Positions 39,308 through 48,665 of a stretch of DNA of 58,167 nucleotides are shown piece by piece. The notes beneath the pieces were generated by a model. That model did not search any database and was not told the DNA's origin. It was given only the letters and a program-made list of their open reading frames with translations. The stretch is from the NCBI GenBank assembly GCA_029561735.1, contig JAKQWZ010000024.1, forward strand, positions 1 through 58,167. Reading direction: 5' to 3'. Source of the DNA: Candidatus Omnitrophota bacterium. GTDB lineage: Bacteria; Omnitrophota; Gorgyraeia; Gygaellales; Profunditerraquicolaceae. Position numbers and translations under genes: made by a program. Positions within the stretch are counted from its first letter, which is position 1. Every line of letters begins with the position of its first letter.

Positions 39308-40938
39308 TTTTTGCTCACTCTAAGTATATACTCATTGCCTTCAACGTGAAGCTTCTCTATCTTAAAGCCATAGCCTTTAAAACGCTCAAGCGTGCTTACT
39401 ATGCCTTTAGAAACTATGCAATAAGTAATTTTCTGTTCTTCCAGAAATCTTCTTGCATTTTCGTCAGTGTCAAGCACCGGTATCGGATGCGGGCTGAAAA
39501 ATGGCTTACCACCTATAATAATAACCGCCACCGGCATATCCGTGCCAAACCTTACCCCTCTGACAAACATCTTTGAGCAAAGAATCCTTCCCTGCACTTT
39601 ATGATTTTTAAGCAGGTATTCACAGGCCTTTTTGCTGGAAACCGAGCTCAAATAACTGTTGCTGGAAAGAAAGGCAAAGCCGATAAGCATTGGAACAAAA
39701 AGCGAAATCAGGCAGATATTCAACATATACTTCTTCTTGATAATTGAGTAAACCATTGCAGCCATCAGCAAAAGCTCGAACCCGGCAAAGACATAGACCG
39801 GTACACGCGAAGGCACATAGTCCGGATACTTAAAAGAACCTATTATCAAGGCAAAAGGAAATAATATTAGCAGTACCCATAATCCGGCTGACAATACCGT
39901 TATAAGCTTTCTTTTGAGGGTTATGCAATCATCAAGAAAATCTGCGGTGATTATAGCCAGCGCAGGAAACATCGGCAGGATATAGCTGACCAGTTTGGAA
40001 TGAGCAAACTGGAATGCCAGAAACACCATGAGTATCCAGCTGGCTAAAAATAAATATACCGGAGCGGCTTTTGAGATGATTTTCTTAATCAGATGCCAAA
40101 AGGCAAATAAAACAAATAAAGACCACGGGAACATACAGGCAATTAATGAAAATGGGTAAAAATACCAGGTGTCATTGCCGGCATGCTCAGAAGCTAACAG
40201 GCGCCTGATATGGTCATTGACAAAAAACTCCCTTATAAAAATATCCCCGTATTTATGGTAAATATAGATGTACCACGGCAAAGATATTGCCGAAAATATT
40301 ACAACACCCGCTAAAGAGGCACGGCAGAATATAAAACTGATTTCTTTTCTTAATAACAAGAATAATATAACTGCGGCCAGCGGGATTATCAGCCCTAACG
40401 GCCCCTTGGTCAAAACCGCCAAGGCCGTAAAGACAAAGAATCCTATTATTGCCGGCGTCTTTCTTTTTTTATCAGAATATCCCAGATAAAACGATACCAG
40501 CGACAAAAGAATAAAAACCGAAAAAATCATGTCTGTAAACACCGTGCGGGTCATTCCCACGTAAAACCCTGCGGAAGACAAAATCAAGCCGGAAATAAAA
40601 GCCTTTCTGTTATCCTTAAATGCGGCAAAGGCCAGCAGGTACACTGCCAGGACCCCGATCATACCAAACACCGCCGGAAAAAATCTTGAGCCAAAACTGG
40701 TCACGCCGAATACCAGAAAAGAAACCCGCAGCAGCCAGTAAGTCAAAATCGGCTTTTCAAACTGCGGCTGGTCAAAAAGATACGGCACCAGCCACGTCTT
40801 TTGAGCAGCCATTTCCTTGGCTGTCTGGACATAAAATACTTCGTCAGGGTTAGTCAGGCTAAGGATTCCATTTCCTAGCATCAGATACACATAAGAAATA
40901 ACTAATAGAATCAAAATATTTTTAAAATTAATCCTCAT
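39304..40938 (-). CDS. ArnT/GT39 (PMT_2) lipid-linked glycosyltransferase
   Basis: PDEVFY, FEKPILTYW, SRFFPA, TDMIF, LTKGPLG, LPWY and SKLVSYILP motifs. Confidence 0.88.
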   Translation of the reverse strand: MRINFKNILILLVISYVYLMLGNGILSLTNPDEVFYVQTAKEMAAQKTWLVPYLFDQPQFEKPILTYWLLRVSFLVFGVTSFGSRFFPAVFGMIGVLAVYLLAFAAFKDNRKAFISGLILSSAGFYVGMTRTVFTDMIFSVFILLSLVSFYLGYSDKKRKTPAIIGFFVFTALAVLTKGPLGLIIPLAAVILFLLLRKEISFIFCRASLAGVVIFSAISLPWYIYIYHKYGDIFIREFFVNDHIRRLLASEHAGNDTWYFYPFSLIACMFPWSLFVLFAFWHLIKKIISKAAPVYLFLASWILMVFLAFQFAHSKLVSYILPMFPALAIITADFLDDCITLKRKLITVLSAGLWVLLILFPFALIIGSFKYPDYVPSRVPVYVFAGFELLLMAAMVYSIIKKKYMLNICLISLFVPMLIGFAFLSSNSYLSSVSSKKACEYLLKNHKVQGRILCSKMFVRGVRFGTDMPVAVIIIGGKPFFSPHPIPVLDTDENARRFLEEQKITYCIVSKGIVSTLERFKGYGFKIEKLHVEGNEYILRVSKK

Positions 40939-41686
40939 GCAGGCTCTCCTCTTGTATTTTTAAAAGCTCGGAAACAGTCACAGGCCGGTAACCCATTTCC
41001 CGCAGCTGCTCAACCAGCCGGAAAATAGCCCTCACTGTCTCTTTTCTGTCCCCGCCTTCCGGCTTAAAAACTCCTCCGCTGTCATGAAAAAGAATAATGT
41101 CTCCCGGGCGCACATGCTTTAAAACGTATTTTCTTAAAAACTGGTCATCAAACCGTACCCAGTCTTTGGTATTGATAGACCATAAGACAACGGTAAACCC
41201 CATATCTGCAATGAGGCGTTTTTCATTTTTGGAAAGCCATGCCTTGGGCGGGCGGAAAAGCCTGGTCTCTTTTCCGGTAACGCTCTTAATAATCTCTGCG
41301 GTATGCAAAATGTCGCTTTTAAGCCACTGGGGGTCTGAAAACATTATTACTTTGTGGCTGTAAGTATGCACCCCTACATCGTGGCCTTCGTTGGCAACGC
41401 GGCGGGCAATATCCGGGTATTTTTCAACATGCTCGCCCACCATAAAAAATGTGGCCTTGGCTTTTGATTTTTCAAGTTCAATCAGAATACGCGGCGTCCA
41501 ATCCTCTGACGGTCCGTCATCAAAAGTAATCGCAACCACTTTCTCATGGACATGTGCCCGGAAAAAAGTCTTCTTGCGCACAAAGACTGCCTGATCAACA
41601 AAGATAGTAAAAACAACAAACAGCAATACCGCCGCTGAAGAGGCCAGGCTTGCCCTAAAAATAAATTTTTTTCTGCTTTTTTTCAT
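40928..41686 (-). CDS. Polysaccharide deacetylase (NodB/CE4) with N-terminal TM
   Basis: TFDDGP, HTYSH, FRPP and LFHD motifs. Confidence 0.9.
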   Translation of the reverse strand: MKKSRKKFIFRASLASSAAVLLFVVFTIFVDQAVFVRKKTFFRAHVHEKVVAITFDDGPSEDWTPRILIELEKSKAKATFFMVGEHVEKYPDIARRVANEGHDVGVHTYSHKVIMFSDPQWLKSDILHTAEIIKSVTGKETRLFRPPKAWLSKNEKRLIADMGFTVVLWSINTKDWVRFDDQFLRKYVLKHVRPGDIILFHDSGGVFKPEGGDRKETVRAIFRLVEQLREMGYRPVTVSELLKIQEESLHED

Positions 41687-41784
41687 AAGGCTTATATTTT
41701 AACACATATAAATCCTGATGCAATGAAAAACGGCCCGCCGAGATTTTTGTTGCGTTATGCGGATTTTAGGGTAAAATTAAAAAT

Positions 41785-42516
41785 ATGCGGGCAAATATTA
41801 AATTTATCTCAATAAGCGCAGGAATAGTAATTGTTTTAGCGCTGATAATATTTGCCTACCCCCTGCCCCAGTGGTTAAATAGAAACCATAGAAGTAACTT
41901 ACGCGAGAGAATATTACGCGGGGTTGCCTGGTTTGATTTTGGGCCGCATACCAACCTGTCCGAGTGGGAAGAAAAGATTTTTCAGGGCAGGGTCCAGTAC
42001 TCTATTAAATCCGACAAAAAAGGCACCTATCTTGACGCCTACAGTAAAAACGCCGCATCAGGAATAATTTACTGGCTGAAGTTCTCTCCGGTATCCAACC
42101 CGATGGTCAGCTGGAAATGGAAAGTGGTAAAATTCCCGCAAAAATCTCCGGCTGTGCAAACAGATAACTGGTGGATTGAAAAAGATGACTACGCTGCCAG
42201 GTTTTATGTTATATTCCCCCGTTTCCCCTTTTTTAGGATGCAATGCCTGGAATATGTCTGGGACCAATACCTTCCGGCTGAAACTATAATCACCAATCCT
42301 AATTTCAGCAATTTAAAAATCATTGTCGCTGAATCCGGAATAAAAAACCAGGGGAAATGGGTAACTGTAGAACGCAATATTTATCAGGATTTTAAAAAGG
42401 CCTTTGGCAGTGCGCCGGGTGAAGTCGGAGCGATAGCAATTATGACCGACTCCGACAATTCAGCCAGCGTTGCCGAGGCGCAGTACAACGATATCGAGGT
42501 GGGATATGGAAAGTAA
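41785..42516 (+). CDS. DUF3047-domain protein
   Basis: WKWKV, DDYAARFYV, LEYVWD and AIAIMTDSDN motifs; N-terminal TM. Confidence 0.82.
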   Translation: MRANIKFISISAGIVIVLALIIFAYPLPQWLNRNHRSNLRERILRGVAWFDFGPHTNLSEWEEKIFQGRVQYSIKSDKKGTYLDAYSKNAASGIIYWLKFSPVSNPMVSWKWKVVKFPQKSPAVQTDNWWIEKDDYAARFYVIFPRFPFFRMQCLEYVWDQYLPAETIITNPNFSNLKIIVAESGIKNQGKWVTVERNIYQDFKKAFGSAPGEVGAIAIMTDSDNSASVAEAQYNDIEVGYGK

Positions 42517-42919
42517 TAAAAGAAGGCGCAAGTACATGGGCACACCGTTTCAAAACAAACTGCTTTTTCTGGTATTTGCTTCAGCGGTAATACCAGCGGC
42601 AATAGTCACGCTATGTTTATACTACCTTATTTTTAACACCCTTGCCTGGCAAATGGTCATCCCTGAATCAATCGCATACAACCTGATACCTGTCCTGCAA
42701 AAAGTAAACCTTATTCTGGCTATTGCTGTTCCGATAAGCCTGCTGATCATCTGGTTTATAGCGCTTGAGCTTTCCCACCGGGTAGCCGGCCCCCTCTACC
42801 GTTTGGAAAAAGAACTGGATGAAAGGATAAATAAAACCAAACACGGGGAGATCCGATTGCGGGAAAAAGACGAATTTAAATCCCTGGCCGGAAAGATAAA
42901 CAAATTAATAGTAAAGTAA
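42506..42919 (+). CDS. Two-TM protein with C-terminal HAMP-like domain and no output domain
   Basis: ATG at 42506 follows GAGGTGG; SHRVAGPLYRL...IRLREKDEF..LA..INKL pattern. Confidence 0.72.
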   Translation: MESNKRRRKYMGTPFQNKLLFLVFASAVIPAAIVTLCLYYLIFNTLAWQMVIPESIAYNLIPVLQKVNLILAIAVPISLLIIWFIALELSHRVAGPLYRLEKELDERINKTKHGEIRLREKDEFKSLAGKINKLIVK

Positions 42920-42931
42920 TTTAAATCCCGC

Positions 42932-44161
42932 TTAACGCAGGCACAATTTTAACAACTCCACAACACTAACCAGGTCCTTATCGCTTAGAAAAACACTTGT
43001 GGATAAAGTAATATGTCTCATCGCGATACTGCGGGCATTAGGGCAATCCCGCACCGGGACAATACCCCGCAGATAATCATAATCACAGACAGGCTTGGCG
43101 TAAATGCGGGAAAAACCTAGGCCTGAACTCTCCAGTTTTGGCAAGATCTTATCCCTCTTAACCGCATCTTCTATCAAACAGGTAATAAAAGGATAATTGG
43201 AAATACTCTCAGGCAATTCCGTAATTAATTTTACATTGTTCAACCGGCTTAACCGGTCTATATAGAACCGGGCTTTTGTCCTTTGCCTGCGGATATTTTC
43301 CTCCAGCCTGCCGAATTGCTGCAAGGCCAGCTTTTTCCTGAAATCAGAAATCCGGTGGACTTCAAAATCAGGACTAAACTCTTCAATCATAGCCTTAAGC
43401 GGCCTGCCTCTTAAACGCCAATAAATATTAGGAAGCCGGAAAATATACCAAAACCCCATGGGCCGGTAAAATGCCCAATACCCGAAGATCTCAAAAATCT
43501 TTAAAGCCTCATTAAATTTATTTTCATTGAATAAATTCCGGAATGCATCATCCAGTGCTTGGACAAATTTATCCCTGCGGGTTACGGCAATTCCGCCTTC
43601 ATACAGGGTCATGCCTTTACCGCGGCAAAGGCTGAAAAAAGAAAAATCCCCTAAAGAGCCGGACTGAATACCCTGATAAACCGCACCCATTGATTGGGCG
43701 CAATCCTCAATAATAAAAATGCCGTATCTTGAAGCAATCGCTTTTATCCGCTCCATATCCAAAGGCAAACCGGCAATATGCGCCACGGTTATTGCCAATA
43801 TATCGGTATTGTCAGAACAGGCCTTTTCCAGAAGCGCATAATCAAAATCAAACCTGTCAGGAGCGATATCGCAGACCTCAATTTTTAACCCGGCGCGGTT
43901 TATTGCCAAAGGCACAAGCGGGCAGACAAAAGACGGGATAATCACAGTTCTGCGCAAAGACAGTAATTTCAATGCCTCCAAAATAAGGAAAAAGGCTGCT
44001 GTTCCGGAATTAACTGCTTTTGAATACATCGCGCCAAGATAAGCGCTGAATACCGCCTCAAAATCGGGGTCAAATTTACGGGATTTGCCATACGAGGCAA
44101 TAATGTCGCCGAGATTTACAGGCCAGCCGGCAGTAGGGGGAATTTCTCTGATTATGCTCAT
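42932..44161 (-). CDS. DegT/DnrJ/EryC1/StrS (ArnB-like) PLP aminotransferase
   Basis: NSGTAA, IEDCAQSMG, GDFSFFSLCRGKGMTLYEGG (Schiff-base Lys retained). Confidence 0.85.
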   Translation of the reverse strand: MSIIREIPPTAGWPVNLGDIIASYGKSRKFDPDFEAVFSAYLGAMYSKAVNSGTAAFFLILEALKLLSLRRTVIIPSFVCPLVPLAINRAGLKIEVCDIAPDRFDFDYALLEKACSDNTDILAITVAHIAGLPLDMERIKAIASRYGIFIIEDCAQSMGAVYQGIQSGSLGDFSFFSLCRGKGMTLYEGGIAVTRRDKFVQALDDAFRNLFNENKFNEALKIFEIFGYWAFYRPMGFWYIFRLPNIYWRLRGRPLKAMIEEFSPDFEVHRISDFRKKLALQQFGRLEENIRRQRTKARFYIDRLSRLNNVKLITELPESISNYPFITCLIEDAVKRDKILPKLESSGLGFSRIYAKPVCDYDYLRGIVPVRDCPNARSIAMRHITLSTSVFLSDKDLVSVVELLKLCLR

Positions 44162-44250
44162 CTTTTAGGATTCGGTAAAATTAGGTATTGCCTTTATTTG
44201 TTTTTATTCTATAATAAAACATCACCGCATACAAGGAGTAATCTTTAAAA

Positions 44251-44676
44251 ATGCCTGCAAGCAAAAACATAACTTTTAAGCTTTTTCTTTTCCTTATCTC
44301 AACGGACTTCCTGGAAACATTCACCCATTATTGTTTTAAACGCAGCGCCATGCCCCAGTCCGGATTTCAGGTGCTTAATATCGGCGACGCTTTCATGTTC
44401 GCCAAAATAAGCGCCCTCTCGCCTTTTCTCTGGCTTGGCCTTTTATCGGTACTATTGACCTTTATTATCTGGTCAACCATCCTGACCAAAATAGACTTAA
44501 GCGTGGCAGTACCTATAGCAAGTTTCAGCTATGTATTCATACCTTTAGTATCAATGGTGTTCTTGCACGAAACAATCGGCCCCTTAAGATGGACAGGAAT
44601 AGCTTTTATCCTTACCGGCGTGATTCTAGTCTCATTATCCAGCAAAGAAAAAGAAAAGGAGGCCCAAACTCCATGA
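44251..44676 (+). CDS. EamA/SMR-type (ArnE/F-like) small transporter
   Basis: Four TM helices; KIDLSVAVP...FLHETIGPLRWTG motif. Confidence 0.82.
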   Translation: MPASKNITFKLFLFLISTDFLETFTHYCFKRSAMPQSGFQVLNIGDAFMFAKISALSPFLWLGLLSVLLTFIIWSTILTKIDLSVAVPIASFSYVFIPLVSMVFLHETIGPLRWTGIAFILTGVILVSLSSKEKEKEAQTP

Positions 44677-45053
44677 GGCCGGGAATAATTTTTATTATCA
44701 GCCTGATCGTGCTTGAAAATATATTTGATACTCTAAGAGAGCTTATCCTAAAAACAGCGATCAACAACCTAAAAATCGAACGTTATACAATAAAAAATAT
44801 CATCGCCTTTATACTCAAGCTTATTTCAAACCCGTGGATATACCTGGCGCTTTTATTTAGCACCCTTTCTCTTTTTCTCTGGCTATTCATACTTTCAAGG
44901 ATAGATCTCAGCCTTGCCTTTTCCCTTGACAGCATGCATTATATTTTTATTGCTTTTGCTTCCGGTTTGTTTTTAAAAGAAAAACTGGGGGCCTTGCGCT
45001 GGTTGGGGACCATTTCTATAGTAATAGGTATAGTATTAGTTGCGTTTAGTTAA
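44673..45053 (+). CDS. Second EamA/SMR-type (ArnE/F-like) small transporter
   Basis: ATG at 44673 (ATGA overlap, GGAGG SD); RIDLSLAF...FLKEKLGALRWLG motif. Confidence 0.82.
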   Translation: MRPGIIFIISLIVLENIFDTLRELILKTAINNLKIERYTIKNIIAFILKLISNPWIYLALLFSTLSLFLWLFILSRIDLSLAFSLDSMHYIFIAFASGLFLKEKLGALRWLGTISIVIGIVLVAFS

Positions 45054-46544
45054 TAACCCTAAGGCTTTTTCTGCCGCATCTAATCCTGAAACAAAACAAG
45101 CATGCACTCCGCCGCCGGGCTGGGTCCATGCCCCGGCTAAAAATAAACCCTTAACACATGTATCCTGGCTCAAGCGGTTGATTCCTGACTGGGCGACTGT
45201 CTGGGCAAATCCGTAAATAGCCCCTTGCGGCGAAAGGGTATAACGCTGCATGGTTATAGGCGTGGCTACCTCGGTTACTTCAATGTTTGCCCAAAGCCCG
45301 GGCAGAAATTTCTCCGCCCTCTGAATAAGTATTTTTGCCGCTTCTGATTTTTTCCGGGCATATTCCTGCGGATCTAATCCCTGCCAATTAGCAAATGAAT
45401 CCAACGCCATTATTAAAAGAGTGCCTTTGCCTTCAGGTGCCTGCGCGGGATCTAACTGAGAATGGTCAACAATGGCTATTGAGCAATTTTTATAATCACC
45501 TTTTTGGCTATAAGAGAAATTTTTATCATGGTCATAGCCGGAATTAACCGAAAACATAAACTGATCCATGCCCAGTTGTTTAGCCGGTTTACTTAAGCCC
45601 AGATAAACCTGCGTAGCAGAGATGGATTTTTCCAAAGCCTCAAGCTCAGGCCTAACCCTGACTTTAACGGCTTGGTCATCTATCAGGCAGTCAAAAGTGT
45701 TTAACCCGGAGGCATTTGAAATCACAGTCTTAGCTAAAAATTCTTCAGCCTTTTCAGTAACTACCCCCTTAACATTCTTGCCTCTAAAAGTAATAATCTT
45801 TTCCACGGTAGTATTAAATCTGACTTCAGAGCCGTTAGCGCGGATATCGCTGACCATAGCATCAAACAGCCGGGACATCCCGCCTTTTATATAAGCAGTC
45901 CGGTTATTATAATAGCCGTTAAAGATAATGAAAAAATACAGCGCTGATAGCCTGCGCGGGCCCAGCCCGGCAAATTTCCAGATATCGGTTATTATTCCGT
46001 ATAGTTTGTCGTTTCTTATATATTTTCTTATATAGTTTTCAGCTGTACAAAAGCAAAATTTTACCACCAAAGGAGAGATAAGCGGGGACAACAGCAGTTT
46101 AAGCCAGTAAGGAGCGGGAAACCGGGTAAACCTCCGCATCTGCCTTGAAAAATCCCGGACACGGCTGAATAAAGAATCAATGCCTTTTGCCTCTTGGGGA
46201 AAAAATTTCTTTAAGGCAGCTGAATAATCGTCAAGGTTAAAATTTGCCACAAAATCATGCTCGGGATATATCAGGCGGGAAAAATCTTTTAACTGTACAA
46301 AATCAACCTTCTTATCCAGCCCGTATTCATGAAGCAGGCGCATTAATTCTTCATCGCCGTAAAGAGCGTCTACGCAATGCACAGAAGATTCAAACATAAA
46401 ACCTTTCCGGCGAAATGTTGTAGCGTAACCTCCGGCAACAGGCTGCCTTTCTATCAAAAGGACTTTCCTGCCTTCGCAGCTAAGCTTATATGCCGCGGCT
46501 AACCCGGCAACTCCGGCGCCTATGATTATAGAATCATATTCCAT
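45036..46544 (-). CDS. Phytoene desaturase (CrtI)-like FAD oxidoreductase
   Basis: IIIGAGVAGL Rossmann motif, GGYATTF, TPITMQRY, GAIYG and GAWTQPGGGV. Confidence 0.85.
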   Translation of the reverse strand: MEYDSIIIGAGVAGLAAAYKLSCEGRKVLLIERQPVAGGYATTFRRKGFMFESSVHCVDALYGDEELMRLLHEYGLDKKVDFVQLKDFSRLIYPEHDFVANFNLDDYSAALKKFFPQEAKGIDSLFSRVRDFSRQMRRFTRFPAPYWLKLLLSPLISPLVVKFCFCTAENYIRKYIRNDKLYGIITDIWKFAGLGPRRLSALYFFIIFNGYYNNRTAYIKGGMSRLFDAMVSDIRANGSEVRFNTTVEKIITFRGKNVKGVVTEKAEEFLAKTVISNASGLNTFDCLIDDQAVKVRVRPELEALEKSISATQVYLGLSKPAKQLGMDQFMFSVNSGYDHDKNFSYSQKGDYKNCSIAIVDHSQLDPAQAPEGKGTLLIMALDSFANWQGLDPQEYARKKSEAAKILIQRAEKFLPGLWANIEVTEVATPITMQRYTLSPQGAIYGFAQTVAQSGINRLSQDTCVKGLFLAGAWTQPGGGVHACFVSGLDAAEKALGLLTKRN

Positions 46545-46551
46545 AAATATT

Positions 46552-47388
46552 TTAATGGCTGTTCAGGAAATCAATTATCTCTTTGGCAACCCTGTCTTTA
46601 TCAAGGTCAATAGTAACCATATGGTAGCTGTTGGTTAATTCAATCAGCGCTTTATCTTTTGAACCGATATGGCTGTATACATATTTTGCGTTTTTAATGC
46701 TAGTCATATCGTCTTCTTTGGCGTGAATAATGAGGATGGGGCAATTTATCCGGGGCAATTCATTCTTAACCTGCCTGGCTAGAATATGGTGCTGATAAAG
46801 GCAGGCCAGGGGGAAAAACGGGCTGCCGAACAGCAGGACCTTATTGTCAAATTTTTTAGCCAGAGCGCCTTTATAAAACCTTTCAATCTGAGAACGCAAA
46901 GACTCGTCTTTAAGCCCGTACGGCCAGCCTTCGCGGATATCAATCATATTACGCAGGACAGGTATATGCCAGACCAGGTCCATTAAGGCCTTGCCCTTAT
47001 GCAATGCCCAGCCGTCATAAAACAAAGTCGGCGCTAAAGCTATTAAGCCGCTTATCCGCTGCGGGTATTTATAAGCCAAATGCATGGACATAACCGCTCC
47101 CATGGATAAGCCTCCGGCAAAGACCTTGCGATAATCGTTATTCAGCCTTATTAAATCGTTTTCGCAGGCAGCGGCAATTTCCTGCCAAGTCACTTTCTTA
47201 AGCTCGCCTAAAGTACTGCAGTGCCGCGGCAGGGTATTGCACATTACACTAAATCCGGCCTTATTCAGCGCTTTTGCCTGATAACGCATCTCCGAAGGCG
47301 TTCCGGTGATGCCGTGGATCAAAAGCACTGCCTTGTCACTATTGCCTTTGAGGAAAAAATTGAATTTATTTGCTGGATTATCTTCCAT
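46552..47388 (-). CDS. Alpha/beta-hydrolase (esterase/thioesterase)
   Basis: HGITG oxyanion motif, GLSMG nucleophile elbow, EDDM Asp and SYHM His. Confidence 0.88.
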   Translation of the reverse strand: MEDNPANKFNFFLKGNSDKAVLLIHGITGTPSEMRYQAKALNKAGFSVMCNTLPRHCSTLGELKKVTWQEIAAACENDLIRLNNDYRKVFAGGLSMGAVMSMHLAYKYPQRISGLIALAPTLFYDGWALHKGKALMDLVWHIPVLRNMIDIREGWPYGLKDESLRSQIERFYKGALAKKFDNKVLLFGSPFFPLACLYQHHILARQVKNELPRINCPILIIHAKEDDMTSIKNAKYVYSHIGSKDKALIELTNSYHMVTIDLDKDRVAKEIIDFLNSH

Positions 47389-47434
47389 AATGGTTTTTAA
47401 TTATAGCACAAAACATGCTTAAATAAACTTTTTA

Positions 47435-47462
47435 TTGTCCTGACATATTTTTTTGCTATACT
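47435..47462 (+). promoter_or_regulatory. Promoter TTGTCC-N16-TATACT with TG extension, 6 nt before the GNAT ATG
   Basis: ttgtcc tgacatatttttttgc tatact acacct ATG; no SD. Confidence 0.5.
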
Positions 47463-47468
47463 ACACCT

Positions 47469-48665
47469 ATGCATTTAACAGCCAACCAGCTTAGCGTATC
47501 GCTGATAAGCTCCGCCCGGGGCATCCCCCAACAGGATTGGGATCGCTTATTCGGCGCTAATTGCCTTGACAGCCGCGATTACCATATCGCGCTTGAAGAC
47601 GCAAAAATGCCCGAATTTGAACTGAGGTACCTTACTGTCAGCCGCAACAGTTCTTTAATAGCGGTTTTTCCGTTTTTCATCATGGATTTCTCCTTTACTA
47701 CTATAATACAGGGGAAGATACAAAAAATTATCTTTGCATTACAAAAAATATTTAAAAATTTTCTTAAAATAAAACTGCTTTTTATAGGCTTCCCTACCAC
47801 AGAAGAGCTCTGTATAGGCATAGACAAAACCGAGGATTACAACATGCTATCAGAGCTGGCGCTGGATAAATTCATGCAGTTCATCAAAGAGAAAAAAATC
47901 AATAACCTGCTTTATTACAATGTAACCGCCAACCAGTCCGGATTGGCCGCCTTGCTGGATAAAAAAGGTTTTGTGCGCATGGAAAATTTTCCCAATGCCC
48001 GGTTAAAAATACGCTCTGATTCCCTGGAAGGCTTTATTCAAGGCCTGAGTAAAAATATGCGCAAGAGCCTTAAAAAGAAATTAAGGTTGTCCCACGAGGC
48101 AGGTGACCTGAAAATTGAAGTGGCCGAAGACATAAACGGGGCGTATCCTGATATCTACAGGCTCTATATGAATAATTTTAATAATTCAAACGTGCGCCTG
48201 GAAACGCTCACCCCTGAATTTTTTCAAAACATCTGCAGGAATATGCCGGGAAAAGCCAAAATAATCCTGACCCGCCATAACACTAAATTGGTGGCTTTTA
48301 ACCTGTGCATCCTTAATGATGATACCTTTATTGATAAGGTGATAGGGTTTGACGATGAAGCGAGCCGCAGGTTTAATCTTTATTACACTACATTCTGCTA
48401 TAACCTGGAGTGGTGCATAAAAAACGGTTACCGCAATTACCAGCTGGGCATAATTGATTACCACCCTAAAATCCGGCTGGGCGCAGAACTGATACCGCTA
48501 TATATCTATTTTAAATCAACAAAGCCCTTGATGAATTTTCTGGCAAAAAAACTTGCCCGGTTCATTGAGCCTAAGAATTTTGACCCCACCCTAAAGCTCC
48601 TTGCCCGTAAATCTGCCCAAAACAAGGCAGGCATTGTTCCCTCCGAAAGCCGAAGCGCTGTTTAA
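47469..48665 (+). CDS. FemAB-like / GNAT-family acyl- or aminoacyl-transferase
   Basis: IPQQDWD, LRYL..., LSKNMRKSLKKKL and YQLG...YHPKIRLGAEL pattern; 398 aa. Confidence 0.72.
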   Translation: MHLTANQLSVSLISSARGIPQQDWDRLFGANCLDSRDYHIALEDAKMPEFELRYLTVSRNSSLIAVFPFFIMDFSFTTIIQGKIQKIIFALQKIFKNFLKIKLLFIGFPTTEELCIGIDKTEDYNMLSELALDKFMQFIKEKKINNLLYYNVTANQSGLAALLDKKGFVRMENFPNARLKIRSDSLEGFIQGLSKNMRKSLKKKLRLSHEAGDLKIEVAEDINGAYPDIYRLYMNNFNNSNVRLETLTPEFFQNICRNMPGKAKIILTRHNTKLVAFNLCILNDDTFIDKVIGFDDEASRRFNLYYTTFCYNLEWCIKNGYRNYQLGIIDYHPKIRLGAELIPLYIYFKSTKPLMNFLAKKLARFIEPKNFDPTLKLLARKSAQNKAGIVPSESRSAV

